In this document: in pieces, positions 1-11,190 of the stretch
Layout: each line of letters starts with the position of its first letter
Position numbering within the stretch: the stretch's first letter is position 1
Source of the DNA: an uncultured Chloroflexia bacterium
GTDB taxonomy: Bacteria > Chloroflexota > Limnocylindria > Limnocylindrales > CSP1-4
Assembly (NCBI GenBank): GCA_963837825.1
Contig: CAWIOR010000015.1
Span: 390,235-454,234 of the forward strand
Direction: 5' to 3'
Length of the DNA stretch: 64,000 nucleotides
Made by a program: the position numbers and the translations under genes
The notes under the pieces: generated by a model
What the model was told of the DNA's origin: nothing
The model's database searches: none
Seen by the model: only the letters and a program-made list of their open reading frames with translations

Positions 1-491
1 CATCCCCTTCGAGTAGGTCCCGATCGGGCGGTCCGGCGGCGTCGGTCAGCTCGACCGTGGCGATCGCCCGGTCGGCGGCCGCCTCGGGGTCGGGCAGCGC
101 CTGGAGCCGGGCGTTGAGGAGGGCGAACTCGCGGCCCGGTCAGGAACGGGTAGACGGCCTCGCGCTCGGGCACGAGCCCGATCCGCCGGTAGATCTCCGG
201 GTCCCGCCAGGCCGGCTTGCCGCCGATGACGACCCGCCCGGCCGACGGCCGCAGGAGCCCCGAGATCATGTGGAGCAGGGTCGACTTGCCCGCCCCGTTC
301 GGCCCGAGCAGGCCCGGTGATCCCGGGCCTCAGGGTGAACGAGATGTCGTTGACGGCGACGACGTTGCCGTACCAGCGCGAGACGTCCTGGAGCTCGACC
401 GCGGCGCGTCGGGTCGAGCTGGCGCGCCGGCCGGGCGGCGTCCGGCGGCGGCCGGGCCCCACAGCCGGCCAGCGCGGTCGTCGTCGGTCAT
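1..491 (-). pseudogene. ABC transporter ATP-binding protein (C-terminus beyond window edge; frame broken as assembled)
   Basis: The ATG at 491 overlaps the stop of the upstream permease (ATGA). ORF 46..462 contains VELQDVSRWYGNVVAVNDISFTLRPGITG. The Walker A motif LLGPNGAGKSTLLHMISG continues in another frame. Confidence 0.7.
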
Positions 492-1389
492 GCCTGGATC
501 CGCAGGTAGCGCCAGACGAGGGCGACCGGCCGAGCCGACCCCGACGACCACCGCGCCGGCCGCCAGCGCCTCGACCGGCACGCCCGACTCGAACGCGGCC
601 TGGCCGGTCGGGCGCGACGCCGAAGAACCAGGCGTTGACCCCGTCGAGGAGCGACCCGACGTCGATCAGGATGATCCACTTCGACGGCCTCGCCGACCTC
701 GAGGCCGATGACGATCGCCGCCACGATCCCGGGGATGATGAACACGCCGAAGATCGCCGCCGTGGCGTAGGCCCGGCGCGGCGTGAGCGAGGCGATCACC
801 AGGGCGACGGCCGCCGTGACGACGGCGATGACGACCGACGAGCCGAGCGATCGGCCGGCAGCGCGCCCGGCCTCCTTCCGGAGCGCCTCGACGATGTCGG
901 TGGTCGAGCAGGATCGTCCCGACCGCCGAGGAGGAGCTGGGGCAGGAGCAGGATCGCCAGGACGCCGACGCTCAGGGCGGCCAGCTTGGCCAGGGCGTAG
1001 TCGGTCCGCCGGAGCGCCCGCGAGAAGTACAGGGTCAGGACGCGGTAGCGCTGGTCGCGGCCGAGCAGCTCGGGCGCCTGGGCGGCGACGAACAGGATCG
1101 GGAAGACGGCCACGATGCGCGTACATCCCGTCGTGGCCGGGGATGACCGGCGAGCTCGCCGAGCCGCCGCTCCGGCGCCGGCGAGCGCCCGGATGCCGAC
1201 GAGGATCAGGGCGATGAGCGCCGGCAGCCCGAGGCAGAACGCCGGCAGGATCTTCGCCCGGCCGCTCCGGCCGATGCCGAAGACGCTCCGCATCGAGTGG
1301 CGGACGAGCGCCGCCACCGCGTGGCGCCGGCCGAGGCGCGGCCCGTCGTAGCCGCGGTAGCCGAGGTCGTAGATGCTGCCGGTGGTCAT
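488..1389 (-). pseudogene. ABC-2 type transporter permease (frameshifted as assembled)
   Basis: Starts MTTGSIYDLGYRGYDGPRLGRRHAVAALVRHSM. Hydrophobic TM stretches (ILPAFCLGLPALIALILVGI, VVIAVVTAAVALVIASL, IFGVFIIPGIVAAIVIGL) are spread over two or more frames. Lies between two ABC ATPase genes with overlapping stop/start codons. Confidence 0.6.
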
Positions 1390-2453
1390 CGGCCGGTCCG
1401 CCGGTCGGACGCCGCCGGGCGAGGTCGGACCGGCAGCCGGGCTGCGCCACCGCGTCGGCCGGACCCGGCGACCGTCTCGGCGCCCCGGCCGCGTCGGCCG
1501 GGTCCGGGTCGCGGAACAGGTCCTCGAGGCTGTGCCGGCTCCGCTCGATCCGGACGAGCGGCAGGCCGAGGTCGGCGACGGCGTCGCGGATGAGGTCGTA
1601 CGGCGTCGCCGCCGTCGAGGGCGATCCGGACGGCGCGGCCATCGCCGTCGCCGGCCGCGGCGAGGATCGCGCAGCCCGCGCTCGCCGAGCCGGGCGGCCA
1701 GGGCGTCGCGACCCTCCTCCACCTCGACGGTCAGGACCCCGGTCTCGGTCGTGAACTCGGCCAGCGGGGCGGCATCGGAGGAGCCGGCCGGCGTCGATCG
1801 CGACGAGGAAGTCGCAGACCTCCTCGATCTCGCCGAGGAGGTGGCTGGCCAGGATGATCGCGATCCCGAACTCGTGGCCGGTCCGCTGGATGAGCTCGAG
1901 CATCTCGTCGCGGCCGGCCGGATCGAGCCCGTTGGTCGGCTCGTCGAGCAGGAGCAGGCGCGGGTCGTGGACGAGCGCCTGGGCGAGCTGGACCCGCTGG
2001 CGCATCCCGGTCGAGTAGCCGCCGATCGGGCGGTAGCGCTCCTCGTACAGGCCGACGTGGCGGAGGACGTCGGAGGTCCGCTCGCGGGCGGCCGCGCCCG
2101 GCAGCCCCGACAGCTGGGCGAGGTGGGCGACGAGCTCGGTCGCGCTGATGTCCGGCGGCAGCGCGTTGTGCTCGGGCATGTAGCCGACGTACTGGCGGAG
2201 CGCGGTCCCGTGGGTCGTCGGGTCCATGCCCGAGGACGGCGACCCGGCCGCTCGTCGGCGGCGAGGAGCCCGAGCAGGATCTTGATCAGGGTCGACTTGC
2301 CCGCCCCGTTCGCGCCGACCAGCCCGATGATCCCGGGCGCCGAGCTCGAGGGTCAGGTCGTCGAGCGCGGTGACCGTCGTGAACCGCTTGGTCAGCGAAT
2401 CGACGCGGACGATGCGGCGCGCCGTCGTCGGGGGCGATCCGTTGGGCCGTCAC
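1386..2453 (-). pseudogene. ABC transporter ATP-binding protein (frameshifted as assembled)
   Basis: ORF 488..2227 contains the signature YSTGMRQRVQLAQAL and Walker B LLLLDEPTNGLDP. The upstream part, LTKRFTTVTALDDLTLEL plus Walker A GANGAGKSTLIKILLG, is in another frame. GTG start at 2453. The TGA overlaps the permease ATG. Confidence 0.75.
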
Positions 2454-2457
2454 CGGC

Positions 2458-2724
2458 TCATGGTAGCCGCCGAACGGGGCCGCCTGGCTGCGCGCCCATC
2501 ACCTGGGCGACCGGCACGATCGTCAGGCCGTCCTTCTCGAACGGCTCGCCGAACACCCGCTTGACGGTCAGGGCGTCACGGGCCTCGGCCAGGATCTCCC
2601 GCGGGTCGAGCGGCCTGGTGCCGAACGGCTTCACCCCGTACGGCTTCGTGCCGGGTACCTTCGTGGCGGGCTCCTTCGTGGCGGGCTCCTTCGCGTCGAG
2701 CGGCCTCGTACCCAGGACTGTCAT
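2458..2724 (-). CDS. GerW/YtfJ-family protein, possibly truncated, with a K/P-rich pentapeptide-repeat N-terminus
   Basis: VKRVFGEPFEKDGLTIVPVAQV is the typical GerW core. At 88 aa the ORF is shorter than usual for the family. Confidence 0.45.
   Translation of the reverse strand: MTVLGTRPLDAKEPATKEPATKVPGTKPYGVKPFGTRPLDPREILAEARDALTVKRVFGEPFEKDGLTIVPVAQVMGAQPGGPVRRLP
2626..2700. repeat. About 5 degenerate 15-bp tandem units inside the GerW-like gene (encode KEPAT/KVPGT/KPYGV/KPFGT)
   Basis: Units seen directly: cggcttcgtgccggg / taccttcgtggcggg / ctccttcgtggcggg / ctccttcgcgtcgag. Confidence 0.7.
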
Positions 2725-2725
2725 G

Positions 2726-2989
2726 TCAGACCTCCTCCTCGCGCTCGACGACGATGACGCAGTCGGTGGCCAGCGCCGCGATCGCGCCGATCGCCGCCCA
2801 GACCGGCAGCAGGGCGACGCCGATCAGGCCGACCGTGAGGGGCACCTCGATGAGCGTCTTGCCTTCGTCGTTCTTGATGATCAGCCGCCGGACGTTGCCC
2901 TCGTGGATGACCCGGCGGGCCGTCGCGATCAGCTGGTCGCCCGAGACCCGGATCTCCTCGGTCCGCGGGCGTGTCGAGGTCTCGACCAT
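2726..2989 (-). CDS. DUF4342 domain-containing protein
   Basis: Intact 87-aa ORF. Contains GNVRRLIIKNDEGKTLIEVPLTVGLIGVALLPVWAAIGAIAALATDCVIVVE, which is characteristic of the family. RBS gaggagg lies upstream. Confidence 0.6.
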   Translation of the reverse strand: MVETSTRPRTEEIRVSGDQLIATARRVIHEGNVRRLIIKNDEGKTLIEVPLTVGLIGVALLPVWAAIGAIAALATDCVIVVEREEEV

Positions 2990-3012
2990 CTCATCCTCCT
3001 CGGGACGCCTCT

Positions 3013-3034
3013 GCCGATGCCGATGCCGATGCCG
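3013..3034. repeat. Hexanucleotide microsatellite (gccgat) x3.5 in the PFOR/DUF4342 intergenic gap
   Basis: gccgatgccgatgccgatgccg read directly. Confidence 0.85.
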
Positions 3035-3108
3035 GCCACGGGCCGGCGCGCCTCCTCGGCGCGGGACGCCGGGACGCCTCCCTCGGACGCTTCCCCCGGG
3101 ACCCGACC

Positions 3109-6100
3109 TCAGCGCAGGCCGGCCAGCTCCTGGAGGGTGTGCCAGTTCGCCAGCCGGTCCGCCTGGGTCGCCTCGATCTCCGGCGTCGGCGTGCCGTCCG
3201 CGGCGAAGTGCGGGCGCGAACCGGCCCTCGCGTCCGGGCGAAGGCGAGGAAGTCGATCGGCGTGCCGTCGGGCTCCTTGGCCCAGTCCTCCTTGACCGCC
3301 GGGTTGCCGGTCAGCGACAGCCGCTCGGCGATCGACGGCCCCTTGCGCGGGTCGTAGACGAACAGCGGGAAGGCCCGCGACTCGACCGCCAGCTTGGCCT
3401 GGCGGGTCGACGGCGTCGTCGGCGATGCCGTGCTCGGGCATGCACGGCGTGTAGGCCACGATGACCGCCGGGCCCGGGATACGCGTTCGCCTCCATCACC
3501 GCCCGGTAGAAGTGGTTGATGTGGGCCGGGGTCGTCTGGGCGACGTACACCTCGCCGTGGGCCATCAGGATCCGGCCGAGCTCCTTGCGCGGCTCGGGCC
3601 GGCCCGTGGAGCGCCTTGCCGAACGCCGACAGCTTGGTGACCTGGCCGCCGAAGCTGGCGGTCGAGGCCTGGCCGCCGGTGTTCGAGTAGACCTGCGTGT
3701 CGAGGACGAGGACCTTGATGTCCGCGCCCGCGGCGACCATCCGCGAGAGGGACTGGAAGCCGATGTCGTACATCGCCCCGTCGCCGCCGAGGACCCACAG
3801 CCGCCGCTCGGGGTGGCCGGCCTGGTCCCAGCGGGCGCGGATCCCGAGCGCGACCGCCGGCGCGTTCTCGAACAGCGAGTTCGTCCACGGCACGAGGTAC
3901 GGGTTGAACGGATAGGTGCTCCCGAAGACGGTGTTGCAGCCGGTCGCGGCGACGATCCCCATCGATTCCGGGCCGTGGACCTGGCGGGTCGCGGCCAGGA
4001 GCATCCGGATCGCGGTCGCCTCGCCGCAGCCGGCGCACGAGCCGGCGCCGCCGACGTAGCCGATGGCCTGCTCGCCGAGCATCAGGTCGGCCAGCGCCTG
4101 CTCGTTGCGGTACTCGACCGGCGTCGGCGGCAGCGACCGGAAGAGGCGCATGTCGCGGCTGTAGCGCTCGAGCGTGCTCTCGCCGCTCGGCTCGGCCTCG
4201 ACCTTGTCGATCATGCGGAGCGCGTCGTAGCCGAGGGCGTGGCAGACCTCGACGCACTCGGCGCAGCCCTTGCAGTGGACCGGGTCGACGAAGATCCCGA
4301 ACGCCGGCCGGCTCCTTGCCCTGCTTCTTCGGGACCTCGGCGTACTTCTGGGTGTGGGCGAAGTGGCTCCGGGCGGTCTGCCGCGGCGAGCGCCGGATCG
4401 GCGGTCGTCGCGGCGAACGCCGTCGATCGCGGTCTCGACCTGCGACTCCGGCAGGGCGACGCCCAGGATCGCCGTGTCGGGGCAGGCGTTGACGCAGGTC
4501 ATGCAGCCGACGCAGGGCTCGCGGACGAAGTCGGGGATCCGCGGCGCGAGGCGGCTGAAGTCGCGGGTCGCGGCGGTGCCCGGCGGGATGATGCTGCGGG
4601 CCAGCGCCGACGTCGGCCGGCGAGCTCGGCGTCGGCGACGCCGCGCCGGTAGGCGGCCACGATCGAGCGGTTGAAGTCGTCGACGTAGGCGTGGACGTCG
4701 AAGAGCGGCAGGGCGGCGCCGAGGCGGGCCTCGTGGTGCTCCTTCGGCTCGCCCTGGACCTTGCTCAGCGGGCTGGCATCCGGGTCGACGAGGTCAGCCA
4801 TCTGACCGGCCGCTCCGACCATGGCGTGGACGAGGTCGCTGATCGACAGGACGCCGATCGGGATCCGCTCGTCGTCCTCGCGGACGACGACCAGGCGATG
4901 GACGTGCTCGCGCTCCATGAGCCGGGCGGCGGCGGCGCGTCGGGAGCGAGGCTCGGACGTGGATCGCCGGCGAGGTCATCAGGTGGCGGACGGCCAGGCC
5001 GGGCCAGTTCGCCCAGAGGTGCTCGGTGGCGCGGGCGCGGAGGAGGTCGGTCTGGCTGAGGACGCCGACGAGGCAGCCCGGCGCCGTCGACCACCGGCAG
5101 GCCGCTGATCGCGTGCTGGTCGAGCAGCCGGGCGGCCTCGGCCAGCGGGGCGTCGGCACGGATGACGATCGGGTCGGGGTGCATCAGCTCGCCGACGGTT
5201 CGCGGCCGGCCGTCTCGCTGGTCATCGTCATCCTCCTCCACCGCGGCCGCGACCGGCGCCCGGCGGACCGCCTCGGGCCGGTCGGAGCGGCCGATCGCCG
5301 CGGTCACGTCGATGAGCCTGTCGTAGGCGGCCTCGACGACCGCCAGGTTGGCGTCGACGACGCGCCCGCCGCGCTTGCCGAAGAAGCGCCCGAGCCGGTC
5401 GCGGACCGCCTCCATGAGCTGCGCCCGGTCGAGGCCGGCCCGCTCGGCGAACGGCGCGACGCCGCAGGAAGACGCCGACCAGCGCGACGCCCTGCATCCG
5501 GACGAGCGAGGTCGGGCCGCGGCGCGTGCGCCCGGGCCAGGGCGGCCGTGTCGAGCGCGGTGACCCGGATCCGGCGGGCGAGCGATCTCGGCACGGGCGG
5601 CGGCCGGGATCGATGCCCAGATCGCCTCGGGATCGGCGAGCGGGCGTCTGGATGAACAGCGTGCCGCCGTCGACCAGGCCGGCCAGCGGGTCGCCGAGGC
5701 CGAACGCGCTGACGTCGTGGAGCGGCACGAACTCGACCCGGTCGAGCTCGGCGTGGCCGCGGATCGGCTCGTCGGCGATGGTCAGGTAGTAGGTCGTCGG
5801 CAGGCCCTTCTTCTCCGACCCGTAGCGCGGGTAGGCCTGGACGCCGCAGGCCGAACAGCTCGCCGACCAGGGTGGCGACGAGCTTGTTCGTGGTGACCGA
5901 GCCGAAGCCGCCGATCGAGTGGCCGCGCAGGCTGTACGCGCCGGCCGGCCGGAGGTCGACCGCGGACCGCGCTCGAGGGCGAGCGGGTGGCGGATCCCGA
6001 CGACGCGGTACGGCCGCTCGCGGAGCGTCGGCGTCGTCGTCGAGCGCGTCGAAGATCGCGACCAGGTCGCCGGCCGCGACGTCGCGCGAGCCGAGCCCGG

Positions 6101-7268
6101 CCGACACGGAGAGGACGCGCGGGATCCGGACGCCGTCGGCGGCGACGGTCGGCCAGGGCCGGCCTTCAGCTCGCGGGTCAGCGGCAGGTCGGCCGCGGCC
6201 GGCTCGTCGGTCCGCTCGACGACGGCGACCGCGCGGCGCGCTGCCGACCGCCGCGGCCAGCTCGGTCGCCGGGAACGGGCGGAAGCGGTGACCGCGATCG
6301 CCGCCGACCCGGCGGCCCGGCGGCGCGGAGGTGGTCGACCACGGTGAGGGCCGTGTCGGCGATCGTGCCCATCGCGACGAGGATCGTCTCGGCGTCCTCG
6401 GTGCGGTAGCGGTCGATCGAGGCCGTAGTGGCGGCCGGTCAGCGCCGTCCAGTCGGCCATCGCCGCCCGGAGCGCGTCGGGCAGCCGGTCGTAGTAGGCG
6501 CGCTGGGCGATCCGGCCCTTCATGTAGCTGTCCTGGTTCTGGACGACGCCGGTCATCAGCGCGTCGGCCGGGCGAGAACAGGTCGCGCAGCGTGGCCGCG
6601 CGGGTCGCCGACGAAGTCGCGCAGCAGCTCGTCCTCGGGCAGCAGGACGTTCTCGAGGGTGTGGGTCGTGAGGAAGCCGTCCTGGCAGACCAGGAACGGC
6701 GTCTCGGACTCCTCGGCGGCGCGCCGGGCGATCGCGGTCAGGTCGGCCGCCTCCTGGGCGTTCCGCGCGAACAGGATCCCCCAGCCGGTGTCGGCGACGC
6801 CCATCACGTCGTCGTGGCCGGCGTGGATGTTGAGGCCTGGCTGGTCAGCGCGCGGGCGCCGACGTGGAAGACGACCGGCAGCCGCTTGCCGGAGATGACG
6901 TACAGGACCTCCTTCATGAGGATCAGGCCCTGGCCCGGCGGTGAAGTTGACCGCCCGGCCGCCGGTCAGCGCGACGCCCTCGGCCGCCGAGGCGCTCGAG
7001 TGCTCGCTCTCCGGCTCGAGGAAGCGGAGCGGCGTGCCCCACAGGTTCGGTCCGGCCCTCGGCGACGGCGGCCTGGAAGACGGCGGCCATGGTGGTGCGA
7101 CGGGGTGATCGGGTAGGCGCAGGCGACCTCGCCGATCCGGGTCTCGACGTAGGCGATCGCCTCGGAGCCGTCGACGATCGCCGGGATGCCCGGGTAGCGT
7201 CGGGCGCCAGCGGCCGATCCGACCGCCGGTGCCTGCGATGCGACGGGCACGTCCGCCTCGGAAGCCAT
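3109..7268 (-). pseudogene. nifJ: Pyruvate:ferredoxin (flavodoxin) oxidoreductase with inserted CBS pair (8 or more frame switches as assembled)
   Basis: N-terminus IPAIVDGSEAIAYVETRIGEVACAYPITPS. Domain III has YPRYGSEKKGLPTTYYLTIADEPIR. Ferredoxin cysteines CKGCAECVEVC. ThDP domain GGAGSCAGCGEATAIR and GGDGAMYDIGFQSL. C-terminus ...ANWHTLQELAGLR with stop at 3109. Confidence 0.85.
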
Positions 7269-7671
7269 GCCGGACGGGACGCAGTGGTCATGCCCGTAGC
7301 CTGCGACCCGGGTGCGCCCGGCGGCGGAGGGACGATCCGCCCGAACCCGCGAGGCCGTTCGGCCCGCGGGCGCGGGACGCCGGGCCCGACGAGCCCCGGA
7401 CCGCCGGATCGTCCGCGCCTGCCCGCGGCCGCGGCCGCGGCCGGGACGCCGAGAGGCCGCATCGTCGGGCCGGTGCGGCTCCTGGACGTGAGCATTCTGG
7501 GAATCGGGGTGAGCGCCGGGCGTCCCCTCCGGCGCCCACCACAGCGCGAATGATGGACCAGCGTCCTCGCCGCGGCGAGGGCCGAAGGACCCGCTCGGAC
7601 AGGCCCAATCGTCCCGTTGCGCGGCATCCCGAGCCGCGAGGCACGATCCCGCGGCACCCCCGAGCCGCGCG

Positions 7672-8953
7672 CTACAGCTCGTGGAGTCGGCGGGCCGCGG
7701 CGGTCAGCTCGTCGCGGAAGTCGGGATGGGCGATCGCGATCAGCCGCTTGCGCCCGCTCCCGGAGGCTCTGGCCGTAGAGCTCGGCGACGCCCCACTCGG
7801 TGACGATCGTCCGGACGTGGGCCCGGGTCGTCACGACGCCCGCACCCTCGCGCAGCGACGACGACGATCCGCGAGACGGACCCGCCGGCCGCGGTCGACG
7901 GCAGGGCGATGATCGCCCGGCCCTCGGCGGCCAGGGCGGCGCCCCGGATGAAGTCCATCTGGCCGCCGACGCCGCTGTACATCCGGTGGCCGATCGAGTC
8001 GGCGCAGACCTGGCCGGTCAGGTCGACCTCGATCGCCGAGTTGATCGCCGTCATCCGGCTGAAGCTGCGGATGACGTGGGTGTCGTTGGTGAAGTCGGTC
8101 GGGCGCATCTCGACCATCGGGTTGTCGTCGACGAACGCGGTAGAGCTTGGGCGTGCCCATCATGAACGTGGCCACGATCTTGCCCCGGTTGCGCTCCTTG
8201 GCCCGGCCGGTGACCACCCCGGCCTCGACGAGGTCGACGACGACGTCGGTCATCATCTCCGTGTGGACCCCGAGGTCCTGCTTGCCGTGGAGGGCCAGCC
8301 CGACCGCGGTCGGGATCGCGCCGATCCCCATCTGGATCGTCGCCCGGTCCGGGACCAGCTCGGCGACGTACTCGCCGATCCGCCGCTCGAGTCGGCCCGA
8401 TCGTCCGGGTCCGAGTGCTCGTAGGGCGGGATGTCGACCTCGACCGCGAGGTCGATCTGGTCGACGTGGACGAAGCTCTCGCCGAGCGTCCGGGGCATCG
8501 ACCGGTTGAGCTGGGCGATGACCGTCGTCGGCGGAGCGGATCGCCGCCAGCATCGCCTCGACCGACGTCCCCAGCGAGCAGTAGCCGTGGGCGTCCGGCG
8601 GCGACACGTTGATCAGCACGGCGTCGAGCGGCAGGAGCCCGCTGCGTGAACAGGTGCGGGACGTCCGACAGGAAGACCGGGATGTACTCGGCCCGACCCT
8701 CGGCGACCGCCGCCCGGGCGTTCGGGCCGATGAACAGCGCCCGATGGAGGAAGTGGCCGGCCATCTCGGGCGCGAGATGCGGGCCCGGGTCCCTCGGTAG
8801 TGGAGGTGGACGACCTTGACGTCGTGCAGCTCGGGCGCCCGCTGCGACGAGGGCGTCGAGCAGGACTGACGGCGTGGCCGCCGCGCACTGGACGTAGATC
8901 TGCTGGCCGCTCTTGATCCCCGCGACGGCCTCGGCGGGCGTGACGATTCGCAT
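7672..8953 (-). pseudogene. Acetyl-CoA hydrolase/transferase family protein (4-hydroxybutyrate CoA-transferase-like; frameshifted as assembled)
   Basis: MRIVTPAEAVAGIKSGQQIYVQ at the start. Also IQMGIGAIPTAVGLAL, SGVGGQMDFIRGA and VTEWGVAELYGQSLRERAQ. C-terminus IAIAHPDFRDELTAAARRLHEL with stop at 7672. The pieces lie in 4 or more frames. Confidence 0.8.
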
Positions 8954-9051
8954 CGCACGGAGTGTAGGCGGCGCGGTGGGTCCCCGCGGGTGGCCGATCC
9001 GGACCGTCCCGGACGGGGCCAAAGGCCACTCAGGACGACCCGAAGCGGCGG

Positions 9052-9735
9052 CTAGCCCTCGCCCGAGATGCGGTGCTTGGCGACGAACGCGGCGGCCTGG
9101 GCGCGGCGCTCGAGGTTCAGCTTCGAGAGGATCGAGCTGACGTAGTTCTTGACCGTCTTGTCCGACAGGAAGACCTCGGCCGCGATCTCCTTGTTCGTCT
9201 TCCCCTCGGCGACGAGCATCAGGATCTTGCGCTCCTGCTGGGTCAGCGCGGCGAGCTCGTCGGTGAACGTCCCGGTGGCGATCCGGCGGACCCGCTCGAG
9301 GACCTTCTCGGTGACCGCCGGGTCGAGCAGCGACTCGCCCCGCCCGACCGCCTCGAGCGCCGCGACGAGGTCGCGCGCCCGGATCTGCTTGAGCAGGTAG
9401 CCGCTCGCGCCGGCGATGATCGCCGACAGGACCGCCTCCTCGTCGGGGTAGCTGGTCAGGATGACGACCCGGGTCGTCGGCAGCTCGGCCCGGATCTCGC
9501 GGCAGGCCTCGATCCCCGAGCCGTCCGGCAGGCGGACGTCCATGATCGACGATGTCCGGCTCGAACTTGCGGGCCATCTCGAGCGACTCGGCGACGCTGC
9601 CCGGCCTCGGCGACGACCTGGAACGCGTCGCGCCGGTCGAGGACCGAGGCCAGACCCTGTCGGACGACCTCGTGGTCGTCGACGATCAGGAGTCGGAGCG
9701 GCGCGGACGGCGGTTCCGTCTCGGAGCGCTGGCAT
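9052..9735 (-). pseudogene. NarL/LuxR-family response regulator (frameshifted as assembled)
   Basis: Receiver domain LLIVDDHEVVRQGL ... DIVIMDVRLPDGSGIEACREIR. LuxR HTH LTQQERKILMLVAEGKTNKEIAAEVFLSDKTVKNYVSSILSKL. The N-terminal part is in other frames. Confidence 0.8.
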
Positions 9736-9772
9736 CGGGCACGGTAGGACGCTCCCGTCGCGTCCGGCCTGG

Positions 9773-10984
9773 TCAGGCGTCCCGGGGACGCGGGACGTGG
9801 ACGATGATACGCGTGCCCGCGCCGGGCTCGCTGAGGACCTCCAGCCGGCCGCCGAGCGAGCCGCCCGCGCGCGCATGTTGCGCAGGCCGCGGTGGTCCTC
9901 GGAGCGGGCCGCGGCCGGGTCGAAGCCCGATCCCGTTGTCGGCGATCTCGAGGACCACCTCGCGCCGTCCGTCCTCGCCGGTCGGACCGATCCGAGCGAC
10001 ACGCGGGCGCGCGTCGCGCTGGCGTGGCGGGCGATGTTGCTGAGCGCCTCCTGGGCGATCTGGACGAGCTGGATCGTGACCTCCGGCGGGAGCTCGGCGC
10101 CGAGCGCCTCGTCGGCCGCGAGCTCGAGGTCGACCATCGTGTTGAGCCGGAACTCGTCGGCCACCGCCGCCAGGCCGCCGACCAGCCCGACCTGGCCGAG
10201 GCGCTCCGGGCGCAGCCCGAAGATGAAGTTGCGGATGTCGCGGATGGCGAGGTGGAGGCCGTCGATCGCCCGGTCGATCCTGGCCCGCGCCTCGTCCGGG
10301 TCGTCGTCCATCAGCTCGGGCACGTCCTCGAGCGGCAGGCTGAGCGGCGTACAGGCTCTGGATGATCCCGTCGTGGAGGTCCTGGCCGATCCGCTCGCGC
10401 TCCTCGACGACCGCCAGGCGCTGGACCTCCTCGTGGAGCCGGGCGTTCTCGATGGCGATCCCGGCGTGGCAGCGCGAACATCTCGACGACGCGCCTGGTC
10501 GGCCGGGCTGAACTCGGGCGCCCCGCGCTTGTTCGGTCAGGTAGAGGTCCCCGACGACCCGGCCCCGGACCGTGATCGGGACGCCGAGGAACGAGCGCAT
10601 CGGCGGGTGGTGGGGCGGGAATCCGTAGCGCTTCGGATGGTCGGCGATCTCCGGGATGCGGACCGTGACGGCCTCGTGGATGAGCAGCCCGAGCAGCCCG
10701 TGGCCGCGCGGCAGCGGCCCGATCCGCTCGCGCTCCTCGCGCGAGCAGGCCGCTGGTCGCGAACCGCTCGAGGGTCGCCGTCCGTGTCGGCGATCCCGAG
10801 CGCGGCGTAGTCGGCCTGGACCAGCTCGCGGACGCGGTCGACGATCAGTTGGAGGACGCGCTCGAACGACAGCACGCCGGCGATCCCGCGGGTCGCGCAC
10901 GTCGAGCGCCTCGAGCGAGGTCGAGGACCCCGTCGGCGAGCAGGGCTGCCGAGCGGAGCGGGCTCGGCTGGAGGGACGCGTCAT
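9773..10984 (-). pseudogene. GAF-domain sensor histidine kinase, HisKA_3 type (6 or more frame switches as assembled)
   Basis: GAF segments LSFERVLQLIVDRVRELVQADYAALGIAD and RSFLGVPITVRGRVVGDLYLT. H-box ERERIGQDLHDGIIQSLYA. ATPase segments VQIAQEALSNIARHA, VLEIADNGIG and GGRLEVLSEPGAGTRIIVHVP. Confidence 0.8.
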
Positions 10985-11190
10985 GGTCGGACACGGCCAG
11001 AGCCTAGCAGCCCCGCGCGGCGGACTTCTGCCGTCCGGCCCGGGAGGAAGGGCCGGAGGTCACTTCCGGCGTTCGCGGCCTCGCCCGGACACTGACCGAC
11101 CATGGAAGCCACCGTCCCCGCTCCCGCGCCCCTCGCCCGTCGTCGGATCCACCCCCTCTGACGCGCCGGACCGCAGCGTCGGCCGGGGCC

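Noticed and set aside
7269-7671. The 400-bp gap upstream of PFOR as a possible riboswitch or small gene.
   Set aside because: I could not recognise any known leader motif, convincing hairpin series or protein-like ORF. With the indel problem in this block I cannot support a call.
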